DNA of 57,261 bases from an uncultured Marinicella sp. (GTDB lineage: Bacteria > Pseudomonadota > Gammaproteobacteria > Xanthomonadales > Marinicellaceae): contig CAZLAW010000001.1 in assembly GCA_964557625.1 (NCBI GenBank), positions 9,818 to 67,078 of the forward strand. Direction: 5' to 3'. Shown one piece after another: positions 10,298 to 18,190 of the stretch. The notes beneath the pieces are model-generated. The model saw only the letters and a program-made list of their open reading frames with translations, was not told where the DNA came from and did not search any database. Positions within the stretch are counted from its first letter, which is position 1. Each line of letters begins with the position of its first letter. A program made the translations under genes and the position numbers.

Positions 10298-11160
10298 TCG
10301 GCACTTTCTAACTCTCGGTGTAACAACATATTGTTGATATTTTTAGCGGCTAAATAATTGTGCAAGGACTCAGCCAGGTACACCGATCGGTGGCGCCCGC
10401 CGGTGCAGCCAATGGCCACCGTGATATAGCTGCGATCGTTAACTTCAAATTTGTTAATCCATTTCTTGGTAAAGCCACACAAGTCGTTTAAATATTCACT
10501 CACCAGTGCTTGTTGTGAGAAAAACTCAATCACCGGTTTGTCCTGACCTGTATAAGGACGCAGTTCTTTTTCCCAATAGGGATTGGGTAAACAACGGGCA
10601 TCGAACACAAAATCTGCATCAAAGGGTACCCCGCGCTTAAAAGCAAACGATTTTATGATGACCGTGACCTTTTGATTACTTTGGTTCATGATTTGCCAAA
10701 TCTGCTGTTTAAGCTGCTGAACCTTTAACTGACTGGTGTCAATAATCAAATCCGCCACTTCTTTAACCGGCGCCATCAGTTGGGTTTCTAAGCGTATGGC
10801 TTCAGTGAGCGAGTGCTTATGCTGAGCGGTGGACAATGGATGTCGTCGCCGTGTTTCGCTGTAACGATTCATCAGCACCTTTTCGGCAGCCGATAAATAA
10901 ATCACCCGAACATGCAATTGGCGTTTCAGCGCCTCCAGCGTCTCAGGAAATTGAGACAATGCCTTTTGTTGACTGCGAATATCCACACCCACACACACTT
11001 TGGGATAAAAATTCACATCTTCATTGATATGATCAGCAAATTCAGACAACATACTCACCGGCAGATTATCCACACAGTAATATTCCATGTCTTCAAGCGC
11101 CCGTAACACAATGGTTTTACCGGAACCGGATAAGCCGGTGATAATCACTAATTGTTGCAT
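10294..11160 (-). CDS. rapZ: RNase adapter protein RapZ (YhbJ)
   Basis: GLSGSGKT Walker A, CVDNLP, ETRRRHPL, GCTGGRHRSV. Confidence 0.95.
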   Translation of the reverse strand: MQQLVIITGLSGSGKTIVLRALEDMEYYCVDNLPVSMLSEFADHINEDVNFYPKVCVGVDIRSQQKALSQFPETLEALKRQLHVRVIYLSAAEKVLMNRYSETRRRHPLSTAQHKHSLTEAIRLETQLMAPVKEVADLIIDTSQLKVQQLKQQIWQIMNQSNQKVTVIIKSFAFKRGVPFDADFVFDARCLPNPYWEKELRPYTGQDKPVIEFFSQQALVSEYLNDLCGFTKKWINKFEVNDRSYITVAIGCTGGRHRSVYLAESLHNYLAAKNINNMLLHRELESAD

Positions 11161-11609
11161 TGTTCAAAAACCTCTAATATCGTCTCAATCATCTCATGCT
11201 TGTCATCAATCCGGATGAGTTGCTCATACAAAACATGTTGTCTGAATAAGTAAGCGGTTTCTTTTAGAAATCGCCGGTGTTCCGGTCTGACGTCAACCGG
11301 AAAAACCAAACCCACCACAATTTGTACAGGCTGATTATCCACCGCCTCATAATCCGCCGGGTGCGATAATTTAATCAGACAAGCCCGGATTTCATCGGTT
11401 TTTAAACAGCGACCATGCGGCAAAGCCACGCCGGTGCCTAATGAGGTGTTGCCAAGTTTTTCCCGATCCAACAGGCTGTGATAAATAAAAAGTCCCTGCG
11501 AACGTGACTCACCCAACAATTGTCCGACCTGCTCAAACAGTCTTTTTTTACTGATAAAGTGGTAGTTCAGTAAAATATTTTCTTCTTCCAGTACGTCAAT
11601 AAATTTCAT
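11148..11609 (-). CDS. ptsN: PTS EIIA(Ntr)-like protein
   Basis: REKLGNT.LG.GVALPHGR with the phosphoacceptor His; between hpf and rapZ. Confidence 0.88.
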   Translation of the reverse strand: MKFIDVLEEENILLNYHFISKKRLFEQVGQLLGESRSQGLFIYHSLLDREKLGNTSLGTGVALPHGRCLKTDEIRACLIKLSHPADYEAVDNQPVQIVVGLVFPVDVRPEHRRFLKETAYLFRQHVLYEQLIRIDDKHEMIETILEVFEQCNN

Positions 11610-11618
11610 GGATTCAAC

Positions 11619-11650
11619 AAAAATGGCCTAACGTGTTGTCAGGCCATTTT
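11619..11650 (-). terminator. Terminator hairpin after hpf
   Basis: AAAATGGCCT...AGGCCATTTT followed by a U run on the minus strand. Confidence 0.75.
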
Positions 11651-11672
11651 CTCATGTTATCTGTCTGAAGGG

Positions 11673-11999
11673 TTAATATTGTGTGCGATTAATGGCAATC
11701 GCCTCTTTGTTATTGTAATTGTGCAATTTACTTTTATGGCGTCTGATTTGCTTATCCAGTTTATCCACCATGGCATCGATGGATTTATACAAATGGTCTT
11801 CGGTTGACTCGGCAAAAAATGTTTTTCCCCCGATGTGCATGGTGGCTTCAGACTTATGTCTGATTTTTTCCACGCTTAAAATGACATGAACACTTAAGAC
11901 CTGGTCAAAATGGCGACGAATGCGTTCAAATTTGGTGTCAATGTAATCTTTTATGGGTTCAGTTACTTCAAGTTGATGACCGGTGATGTCTAATTGCAT
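11673..11999 (-). CDS. hpf: Ribosome hibernation promoting factor (HPF/RaiA)
   Basis: MQLDITGHQLEVT...LY.SID.MVDKLDKQIRRHK; GAGG SD. Confidence 0.95.
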   Translation of the reverse strand: MQLDITGHQLEVTEPIKDYIDTKFERIRRHFDQVLSVHVILSVEKIRHKSEATMHIGGKTFFAESTEDHLYKSIDAMVDKLDKQIRRHKSKLHNYNNKEAIAINRTQY

Positions 12000-12201
12000 A
12001 TCTCTTACCTCATGAATGTTTAGGCTTTAGGTTTTGATTGAACACAATTAACCCTGACAGAGGCTGCCAAATAGAGCGTTGAAGAAATGTCCGGATAATT
12101 GTGAGAAAGGCGGGAGGTTTTTCACAGCCAAGTCCAACCGCAGGTTGAATTAGATGTAGAATGATAAGCGCAAATTTCGTGTTAATTGCCATAACCTCCT
12201 G
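12000..12201 (-). other. Candidate structured 5' leader/ncRNA (or 60-codon small ORF 12010-12192) upstream of hpf, in the slot normally held by rpoN
   Basis: Long-range helix 12181-12189 with 12044-12052, three internal hairpins, and a CCUCC loop complementary to GGAGG at the 5' end. Confidence 0.45.
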
Positions 12202-12207
12202 TCTAAT

Positions 12208-12247
12208 AATATACCGAAATACGTTTTAAATAGCAATCGCATTGCCC
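12208..12247 (-). promoter_or_regulatory. sigma70 promoter overlapped by a sigma54 -24/-12-like box
   Basis: TTGCTA (12231-12236)-N17-TATATT (12208-12213); GGGCAATGCGATTGCT (12232-12247) has exact GG-N10-GC spacing. Confidence 0.55.
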
Positions 12248-12277
12248 GGTTTTAGGCAAACGATACGTCTCTCGTCA

Positions 12278-12997
12278 TTACATGGAAAAATCCTGTCCCA
12301 AATACACTTTTCGCACATCGGGATTGGCGATGATTTGTTCCGGCTTACCTTCGGTGAGCATTTTACCGGCATTGAGGATATAAGCACGGTCACAAATACC
12401 CAGCGTTTCTCGAACATTGTGATCCGTAATCAGCACACCGATGCCTTTACTTTTTAGATGATAGACAATTTTTTGGATATCGATCACCGACACCGGATCC
12501 ACGCCGGCAAAAGGCTCATCCAATAAAATATATTTGGGCTCCATGGCCAGTGAGCGGGCAATTTCAACCCGACGTCGTTCACCACCGGATAAACTGATAC
12601 CCAGTTGGTTTTTAACGTGATCCACGTTCAGCTCTTCCAATAATTCAATGCAGCGGTTTTCCCGCTCGTCACGGTTTAAATCTTTGCGCAATTGCAACAC
12701 CGCCATCAAATTATCTTCCACCGTCAGCTTTCTAAAGATTGAGGCTTCCTGCGGTAAATAGCCGACACCCAGCCGGGCCCGTTGGTGCATGCCATAATCC
12801 GTGGCATCTACACCATCAATGCTAATCTGGCCACTGTCGGCATCGACTAAGCCCACCACCATATAAAAACAGGTGGTTTTACCGGCACCGTTGGGCCCCA
12901 GTAATCCCACCACCTCACCTTCATTCAGACGTAAAGAAACCGAATCAATGATGGTTCTTTTGTGGTAACTTTTGACAATGTTGTCGGCTTTAATCAT
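12278..12997 (-). CDS. lptB: LPS export ABC transporter ATP-binding protein
   Basis: [35 protein letters not shown]. Confidence 0.97.
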   Translation of the reverse strand: MIKADNIVKSYHKRTIIDSVSLRLNEGEVVGLLGPNGAGKTTCFYMVVGLVDADSGQISIDGVDATDYGMHQRARLGVGYLPQEASIFRKLTVEDNLMAVLQLRKDLNRDERENRCIELLEELNVDHVKNQLGISLSGGERRRVEIARSLAMEPKYILLDEPFAGVDPVSVIDIQKIVYHLKSKGIGVLITDHNVRETLGICDRAYILNAGKMLTEGKPEQIIANPDVRKVYLGQDFSM

Positions 12998-13493
12998 TAT
13001 TGGGATCGATTTCTAATCTGAATTGCTGGTTATTTTCGCCGACCGCTTTCACTTCTTGGGTTTTTAAATTAAATTCCATGGCCTCACCGGTGCTGATACC
13101 GATGTTGTTTTCAATTCTGACATCACCCTGCAGAAAAGCGATTTCCGCCTGGTAATCAAAGTCGATTTGATTGGCCCGGATGGTCATCAGCGTGCCATCA
13201 TCCATTTGTTGCTCCATAGTAACCGGTGAGCCGGTCATTTTAACGCTGGCAATCTGCGTGTCTTCATGAATGATCAAACCATAATCTGATTTAATTTTTA
13301 AACTACCCTGACGAATCACCATACCTTTGGGGCATTCGGTTTGACCGAGGTTGAGTTTACTGATACAACCATCACCGGATAATGTGATTTTTTGCTGTCG
13401 ATCACTTTCCAAGGCCAACACGGAAAAACTCAGTGTCCAACACAGGGACACCAAAACAAGCCGACTAACGGGGCTGAAACTCTGCATAAACAT
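12990..13493 (-). CDS. lptA: LPS transport periplasmic protein LptA (divergent)
   Basis: Signal peptide then [10 protein letters not shown]; position between lptC and lptB. Confidence 0.8.
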   Translation of the reverse strand: MFMQSFSPVSRLVLVSLCWTLSFSVLALESDRQQKITLSGDGCISKLNLGQTECPKGMVIRQGSLKIKSDYGLIIHEDTQIASVKMTGSPVTMEQQMDDGTLMTIRANQIDFDYQAEIAFLQGDVRIENNIGISTGEAMEFNLKTQEVKAVGENNQQFRLEIDPNND

Positions 13494-14010
13494 CTTTTAA
13501 GATCTCAATCTGTTTGTTGTTAAATAAAATGTGTGCACCCACCCCCTGCATCCATCCGCCCGGCTGCACAAGACTAATTTCTGCCGCTGTGGTGGCTTCA
13601 CGGGTATTTAAATCCACACTGAGTTGCGAAGATTCAAGCACCACTTTAGGGTCTTGTTGTGACGCCACGGAGACATTATCCGGAAAATATAAGGACTGCT
13701 GATGACGTTGATAAACTGCCGATGGGGATTGCAACAACCAGGTGTTATTTGAGGTAAACAACTGAACCCTGGGTTGTTCGATGAGGGTTTGTTCTTTGTC
13801 TAAATAATGTGTCATGTTTGGAGAACGCATTTCGGTCACCACCTGGCCGTTATCATCGGTGGATCGCATCACCACTTCTGTTAAGGCATAACCTTTGGTA
13901 AAAGGTTCATAATCGGTACCGGCGGGATGGCGAAAAAATCCCTGATAAACCGCCACTGACAGCAGCGCAAAAATCAGCAACACAATTAATTGTTTGGTTT
14001 TAAAAGTCAT
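13465..14010 (-). CDS. lptC: LPS export protein LptC (divergent)
   Basis: Single N-terminal TM helix, beta-rich periplasmic part, kdsC-lptC-lptA synteny. Confidence 0.82.
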   Translation of the reverse strand: MTFKTKQLIVLLIFALLSVAVYQGFFRHPAGTDYEPFTKGYALTEVVMRSTDDNGQVVTEMRSPNMTHYLDKEQTLIEQPRVQLFTSNNTWLLQSPSAVYQRHQQSLYFPDNVSVASQQDPKVVLESSQLSVDLNTREATTAAEISLVQPGGWMQGVGAHILFNNKQIEILKDVYAEFQPR

Positions 14011-14553
14011 TTATTGCTGACCGGTAAATTCATAGCCGGTGACGCTGATATCATGGCTGTTGAGTAACACATCACAGACCTGACGGGCAGCACCGTCTCC
14101 ACCCTTTCTCTGCAAAACCCAACAGGCTTTTTCAATCACCGCCGGGTGGGCATCGGCCACCGCCACCGGTAAGCCACATTTGTCCATAATCGGAATATCA
14201 ATCACATCATCACCCACAAATGCCACCTGCTGATCATCAATTCGCAAAGCCGCTTTCAGATTCTCATAGGTTTCCAGTTTGTTTAAACGCCCCTGATAAA
14301 CATGATTAACCCCCAAAGAACGCATGCGATCGGCCACAATCACGGAGTTACGTCCGGTAATCACTGCCACTTCAATCTGATGCTTAATTAACAATGAAAT
14401 ACCGAGACCATCTTTAACATTAAACTTTTTCATCTCGCGACCGTCATCAGTGAAGTACAAACCACCATCGGTGAGCACCCCGTCCACATCAAAAATGACT
14501 AAACGAATGTTTTTGGCTTTTATCCAAATGTCATCAGGCACCTGTTGTTTCAT
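14011..14553 (-). CDS. kdsC: KDO 8-phosphate phosphatase
   Basis: DVDGVLTDG, FNVKDGLG, GDDVID HAD motifs. Confidence 0.95.
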   Translation of the reverse strand: MKQQVPDDIWIKAKNIRLVIFDVDGVLTDGGLYFTDDGREMKKFNVKDGLGISLLIKHQIEVAVITGRNSVIVADRMRSLGVNHVYQGRLNKLETYENLKAALRIDDQQVAFVGDDVIDIPIMDKCGLPVAVADAHPAVIEKACWVLQRKGGDGAARQVCDVLLNSHDISVTGYEFTGQQ

Positions 14554-15536
14554 TACACCACCCCGGCTCTTAATAAATCGTGAATATTCAAGGCACCGGT
14601 TAACCGTGCATCACGGTCAACCACTAACAAGGAATGAATTTTGTGGGTTTCCATTAACTGAGCGGCCTCAACCGCCATTTTACTGGCCTGAATGGTGACC
14701 GGATTGTGGGTCATAAAATCTCCCACCACATGGTCTTTAAAATGATCGATGGTGGGTAAAGATCGGCGCAAATCACCATCGGTAAAGACCCCACACACCC
14801 GATCATCTTTATTCACCACAGCCACCATACCCAGTGCTTTTTCGGTCATGACCAGTAAAGCCTCACTGAATTTAGTGTCTGCATAGACTTTGGGAATGTC
14901 CTCACCGGTGCGCATCACATCGCTGATGCCCAATAACAAGCGTTTACCCAGGGAGCCGGCCGGATGCGAGCGGGCAAAATCTTCTTTGGTAAAACCGCGT
15001 GATTCCAATAAAGTAATCGCCAGCGCATCGCCCATCACCAAAGTGGCGGTGGTACTGGCGGTGGGGGCCAATCCCAGAGGGCAGGCTTCTTCATTCACCG
15101 ACACATCAATATGAATGTCTGAATTTTTCGCCAAAGTAGAAGTCGGTTTTCCGGTCATTGAAATCAATGCGATGCCCATCCGTTTTAACACCGGTAAAAT
15201 GGCCAGCACTTCTTCGGTTTCGCCGGAATTTGACATCGCCAGTACAATGTCATTATTGGTTATCATGCCCAAATCACCGTGACTGGCTTCACCCGGATGG
15301 ACAAAAAAAGCCGGCGTACCGGTGGAGGCCAGCGTGGCAGAGACTTTATCGGCAATGTGGCCGGATTTACCCATGCCAATGACCACCACATGGCCGGTGC
15401 CGTTTAAAATCATTTCAACGGCTGCCACAAAGTCATCACCAATACGTTGTTGCAAATCAACAATGGCCTGGTTTTCAATGGCAAACACCCGGCGCGCCTG
15501 CGCAATGGCTTGTTGTGCTTTAACAGATTTTTTCAT
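14553..15536 (-). CDS. kdsD: Arabinose-5-phosphate isomerase
   Basis: GMGKSGH, ASTGTP, HGDLGM SIS domain plus a CBS pair. Confidence 0.96.
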   Translation of the reverse strand: MKKSVKAQQAIAQARRVFAIENQAIVDLQQRIGDDFVAAVEMILNGTGHVVVIGMGKSGHIADKVSATLASTGTPAFFVHPGEASHGDLGMITNNDIVLAMSNSGETEEVLAILPVLKRMGIALISMTGKPTSTLAKNSDIHIDVSVNEEACPLGLAPTASTTATLVMGDALAITLLESRGFTKEDFARSHPAGSLGKRLLLGISDVMRTGEDIPKVYADTKFSEALLVMTEKALGMVAVVNKDDRVCGVFTDGDLRRSLPTIDHFKDHVVGDFMTHNPVTIQASKMAVEAAQLMETHKIHSLLVVDRDARLTGALNIHDLLRAGVV

Positions 15537-16501
15537 GTGGCTTTACTGACAAATAACCAAATCATATAGGCACTATATAATAACACCAGTATCAAACCAA
15601 TAAGCCGTGACACAAATCGGTCTTTTAACACAAAGTATATGGAGACGATGAACAAAAACACCGTCAAAATAACCATATACAGATAATCAAACATCAAAAA
15701 ACGGCGTGAAAACGTATTATCATTGATAACCCCCGAAATACCGATCACACCCAATAAATTAAATATATTGGACCCCACAATGTTACCGATGGCCAAATCA
15801 TGCTCTTTTTTGGCGGCACTGGCAACAATTGCTGCCAATTCCGGTAAAGATGTACCCAGGGCGACTATGGTTAAACCAATCACCAAATCCGACACCCCGA
15901 AATACTGGGCAATATCAGTGGCACCAATCACCATGAGTTGAGACGCCAAGGGTAAAACAACCACACCCATCAACAGAAATAAGATGGCATGTGATATTTT
16001 AATGTTGAGATCGTATTCACTTTCTATCTCTTCACTGTAGCTGTCTTTGCTTTCATTCACACCCAGAACACCCAGCAACAAAGTCACCCCAAGCATCGAA
16101 ACCAATAAAATAATGCCATCGATAAAGGTCAGGGATAAATCCAATAGCAAAAATAAGGCCAATAAACACACCATTAACAAAATCGGCATTTCGCGCTTAA
16201 TGACTTTGGACTTGACTTGCATCGGTGTGATTAACAAACCGACACCCAGGACCAGCGCGATGTTGGTGATGTTTGAACCAATCGCATTGCCCATGGCCAA
16301 ACCGGAATTACCTTTAAAAGAAGCAATGGCGGACACCACCATTTCCGGGGCGGATGTGCCAAAACCAACCACAATCAAACCCACCAGCATGGTGGACACA
16401 CCCAAGTGTTTAGCCAAAGCCGCGGCCCCGAGAATAAACTTGTCGGCCGCAAAAATAAGCAAAATCAGTCCTATAACCAGATAACCTGAAGGTATTAGCA
16501 T
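15533..16501 (-). CDS. yrbG: Ca2+/Na+ antiporter family protein
   Basis: Duplicated GTS(A/L)PE and GN..GSNI alpha-repeats; upstream of kdsD. Confidence 0.9.
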   Translation of the reverse strand: MLIPSGYLVIGLILLIFAADKFILGAAALAKHLGVSTMLVGLIVVGFGTSAPEMVVSAIASFKGNSGLAMGNAIGSNITNIALVLGVGLLITPMQVKSKVIKREMPILLMVCLLALFLLLDLSLTFIDGIILLVSMLGVTLLLGVLGVNESKDSYSEEIESEYDLNIKISHAILFLLMGVVVLPLASQLMVIGATDIAQYFGVSDLVIGLTIVALGTSLPELAAIVASAAKKEHDLAIGNIVGSNIFNLLGVIGISGVINDNTFSRRFLMFDYLYMVILTVFLFIVSIYFVLKDRFVSRLIGLILVLLYSAYMIWLFVSKAT

Positions 16502-16678
16502 AAATTAAATATCTCGATAGTTCGGTGTCATAAACCAGCCCGAACAGATTATAAGTACCGTATCAACCCGAAATGACGTCATTTTGTCTTAAATATTCCG
16601 GTTAAATGCGCATGATGTCTTTATAAACCGGTCATTATAAAAGATAATGCCCCGGGTAGAAACAAACAATTGATTAAG

Positions 16679-16921
16679 ATGGAACCAAAAATAATAGAAG
16701 AAAAAATCAAAGCACACATTGATTGCCATTATATTCACGTTCACAGTGACGATCTGCGCCATTATGCCGCCACCATTGTCTCACCCCTTTTTGAAGGCTT
16801 GAATAAAATTAAAAGACACCGCCACATTCACCAAGCCCTCGGGTCAGTGATGGGTAATGAAATACATGCCATGAGCATTCAGGCCATGACCCCGGATGAG
16901 TACCAGCAAACCCAATCATGA
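16679..16921 (+). CDS. ibaG: BolA-family protein (IbaG/YrbA)
   Basis: HY...IVS..FEG....RH....L.....EIHAMSI...TP; directly upstream of murA; ATG 16679. Confidence 0.85.
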   Translation: MEPKIIEEKIKAHIDCHYIHVHSDDLRHYAATIVSPLFEGLNKIKRHRHIHQALGSVMGNEIHAMSIQAMTPDEYQQTQS

Positions 16922-18174
16922 GCAATAAAATCATCATCAACGGTGGCCGTAAACTGTCCGGTAATATAAAAGCCTCCGGTGCCAAAAATGCCGTACTGCC
17001 CATCTTAACCGCCACTTTACTGGCCGAAGGCAACTCACACATTCAGAATGTGCCGCATTTACATGACGTTACCACCATGAATGAATTATTGGCCCATATG
17101 GGGGCAGAACTGACTGTGGGCGCACATTCGGATATATTTATCAATACCGATCATTTACATAACCACACCGCTCCTTATGACATTGTACGCACCATGCGCG
17201 CCAGTATTTTGGCTTTAGGTCCTTTATTGGCCCGTTATGGCCAGGCCAAGGTGTCCTTACCCGGTGGCTGTCAAATTGGTGCCCGACCGGTGGATTTGCA
17301 CCTGAAAGGTTTAAAAGCCATGGGTGCGGATATCGACGTCAGTGACGGTTATATTCATGCCCACTGCCAGCGACTTCAAGGCGCCAGGATTATTTTGGAC
17401 AAGGTCACGGTAACCGGTACAGAAAATATTTTGATGGCGGCTTGTTTAGCGCAAGGTGAATCAATGATTGAAAATGCGGCCGTCGAACCTGAAGTGGTCG
17501 ATTTAGGCCGCTATCTGATCGCCATGGGTGCCCACATCGAGGGCCTCGGGACCTCAAAACTCCGGATTCAAGGTGTGGATAAGTTACGTGGTGTGGCCCA
17601 CCATGTATTACCTGACCGGATTGAGATTGGCAGCTTTCTGGTGGCCGCGGCGATGACCGGCGGCCACATCACCATCACCCATACACAACCGGATGACCTC
17701 GATGCGGTATTATTAAAACTCACCGAAGCCGGTGCTGATATCAGCACCACCGAAGACACCATTCACCTTAATATGCATGAAAAACGACCACAACCGGTGG
17801 ACATCCGCACCGCACCACATCCGGCTTTCCCCACCGATATGCAAGCCCAGTTTTGTGCTTTAAACGCCATTGCTGACGGCACCAGTGTGATTACCGAAAC
17901 CTTATTTGAAAACCGTTTTATGCATGTGGATGAACTCAACCGCATGGGCGCCGATATTACAGTTGAAGGTAATCAGGCCATTATTACGGGTGTTGAAAAA
18001 CTCAGTGGGGCGCCGGTTACCGCCACTGATTTACGGGCTTCGGCCTCATTGGTGATTGCCGGTCTGGCGGCACAAGGAGAAACCGAGGTGCATGACATTC
18101 ACTACATCGATCGGGGTTATGAAGCCATTGAAGAGAAACTCAATCAGCTGGGTGCCCGAATAATACGACAATAG
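16918..18174 (+). CDS. murA: UDP-N-acetylglucosamine 1-carboxyvinyltransferase
   Basis: [32 protein letters not shown]. Confidence 0.98.
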   Translation: MSNKIIINGGRKLSGNIKASGAKNAVLPILTATLLAEGNSHIQNVPHLHDVTTMNELLAHMGAELTVGAHSDIFINTDHLHNHTAPYDIVRTMRASILALGPLLARYGQAKVSLPGGCQIGARPVDLHLKGLKAMGADIDVSDGYIHAHCQRLQGARIILDKVTVTGTENILMAACLAQGESMIENAAVEPEVVDLGRYLIAMGAHIEGLGTSKLRIQGVDKLRGVAHHVLPDRIEIGSFLVAAAMTGGHITITHTQPDDLDAVLLKLTEAGADISTTEDTIHLNMHEKRPQPVDIRTAPHPAFPTDMQAQFCALNAIADGTSVITETLFENRFMHVDELNRMGADITVEGNQAIITGVEKLSGAPVTATDLRASASLVIAGLAAQGETEVHDIHYIDRGYEAIEEKLNQLGARIIRQ

Positions 18175-18190
18175 TTACAGAGAGACCACC

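Noticed and set aside
7507-11638. AACGTGTT in the loop regions of both the rpsT and hpf terminators, as a possible DNA uptake sequence
   Set aside because: Only two copies, in opposite orientation relative to transcription, and not frequent elsewhere as an uptake sequence would be.
12000-12277. rpoN pseudogene, 6S RNA or tRNA in the lptB-hpf gap
   Set aside because: No RpoN-like peptide remnant, no 6S-like long rod with a central bubble, and no cloverleaf or T-loop motif that I could find.
16918-18174. Fosfomycin-resistant MurA variant
   Set aside because: The active-site Cys (LPGGCQIG) is intact.
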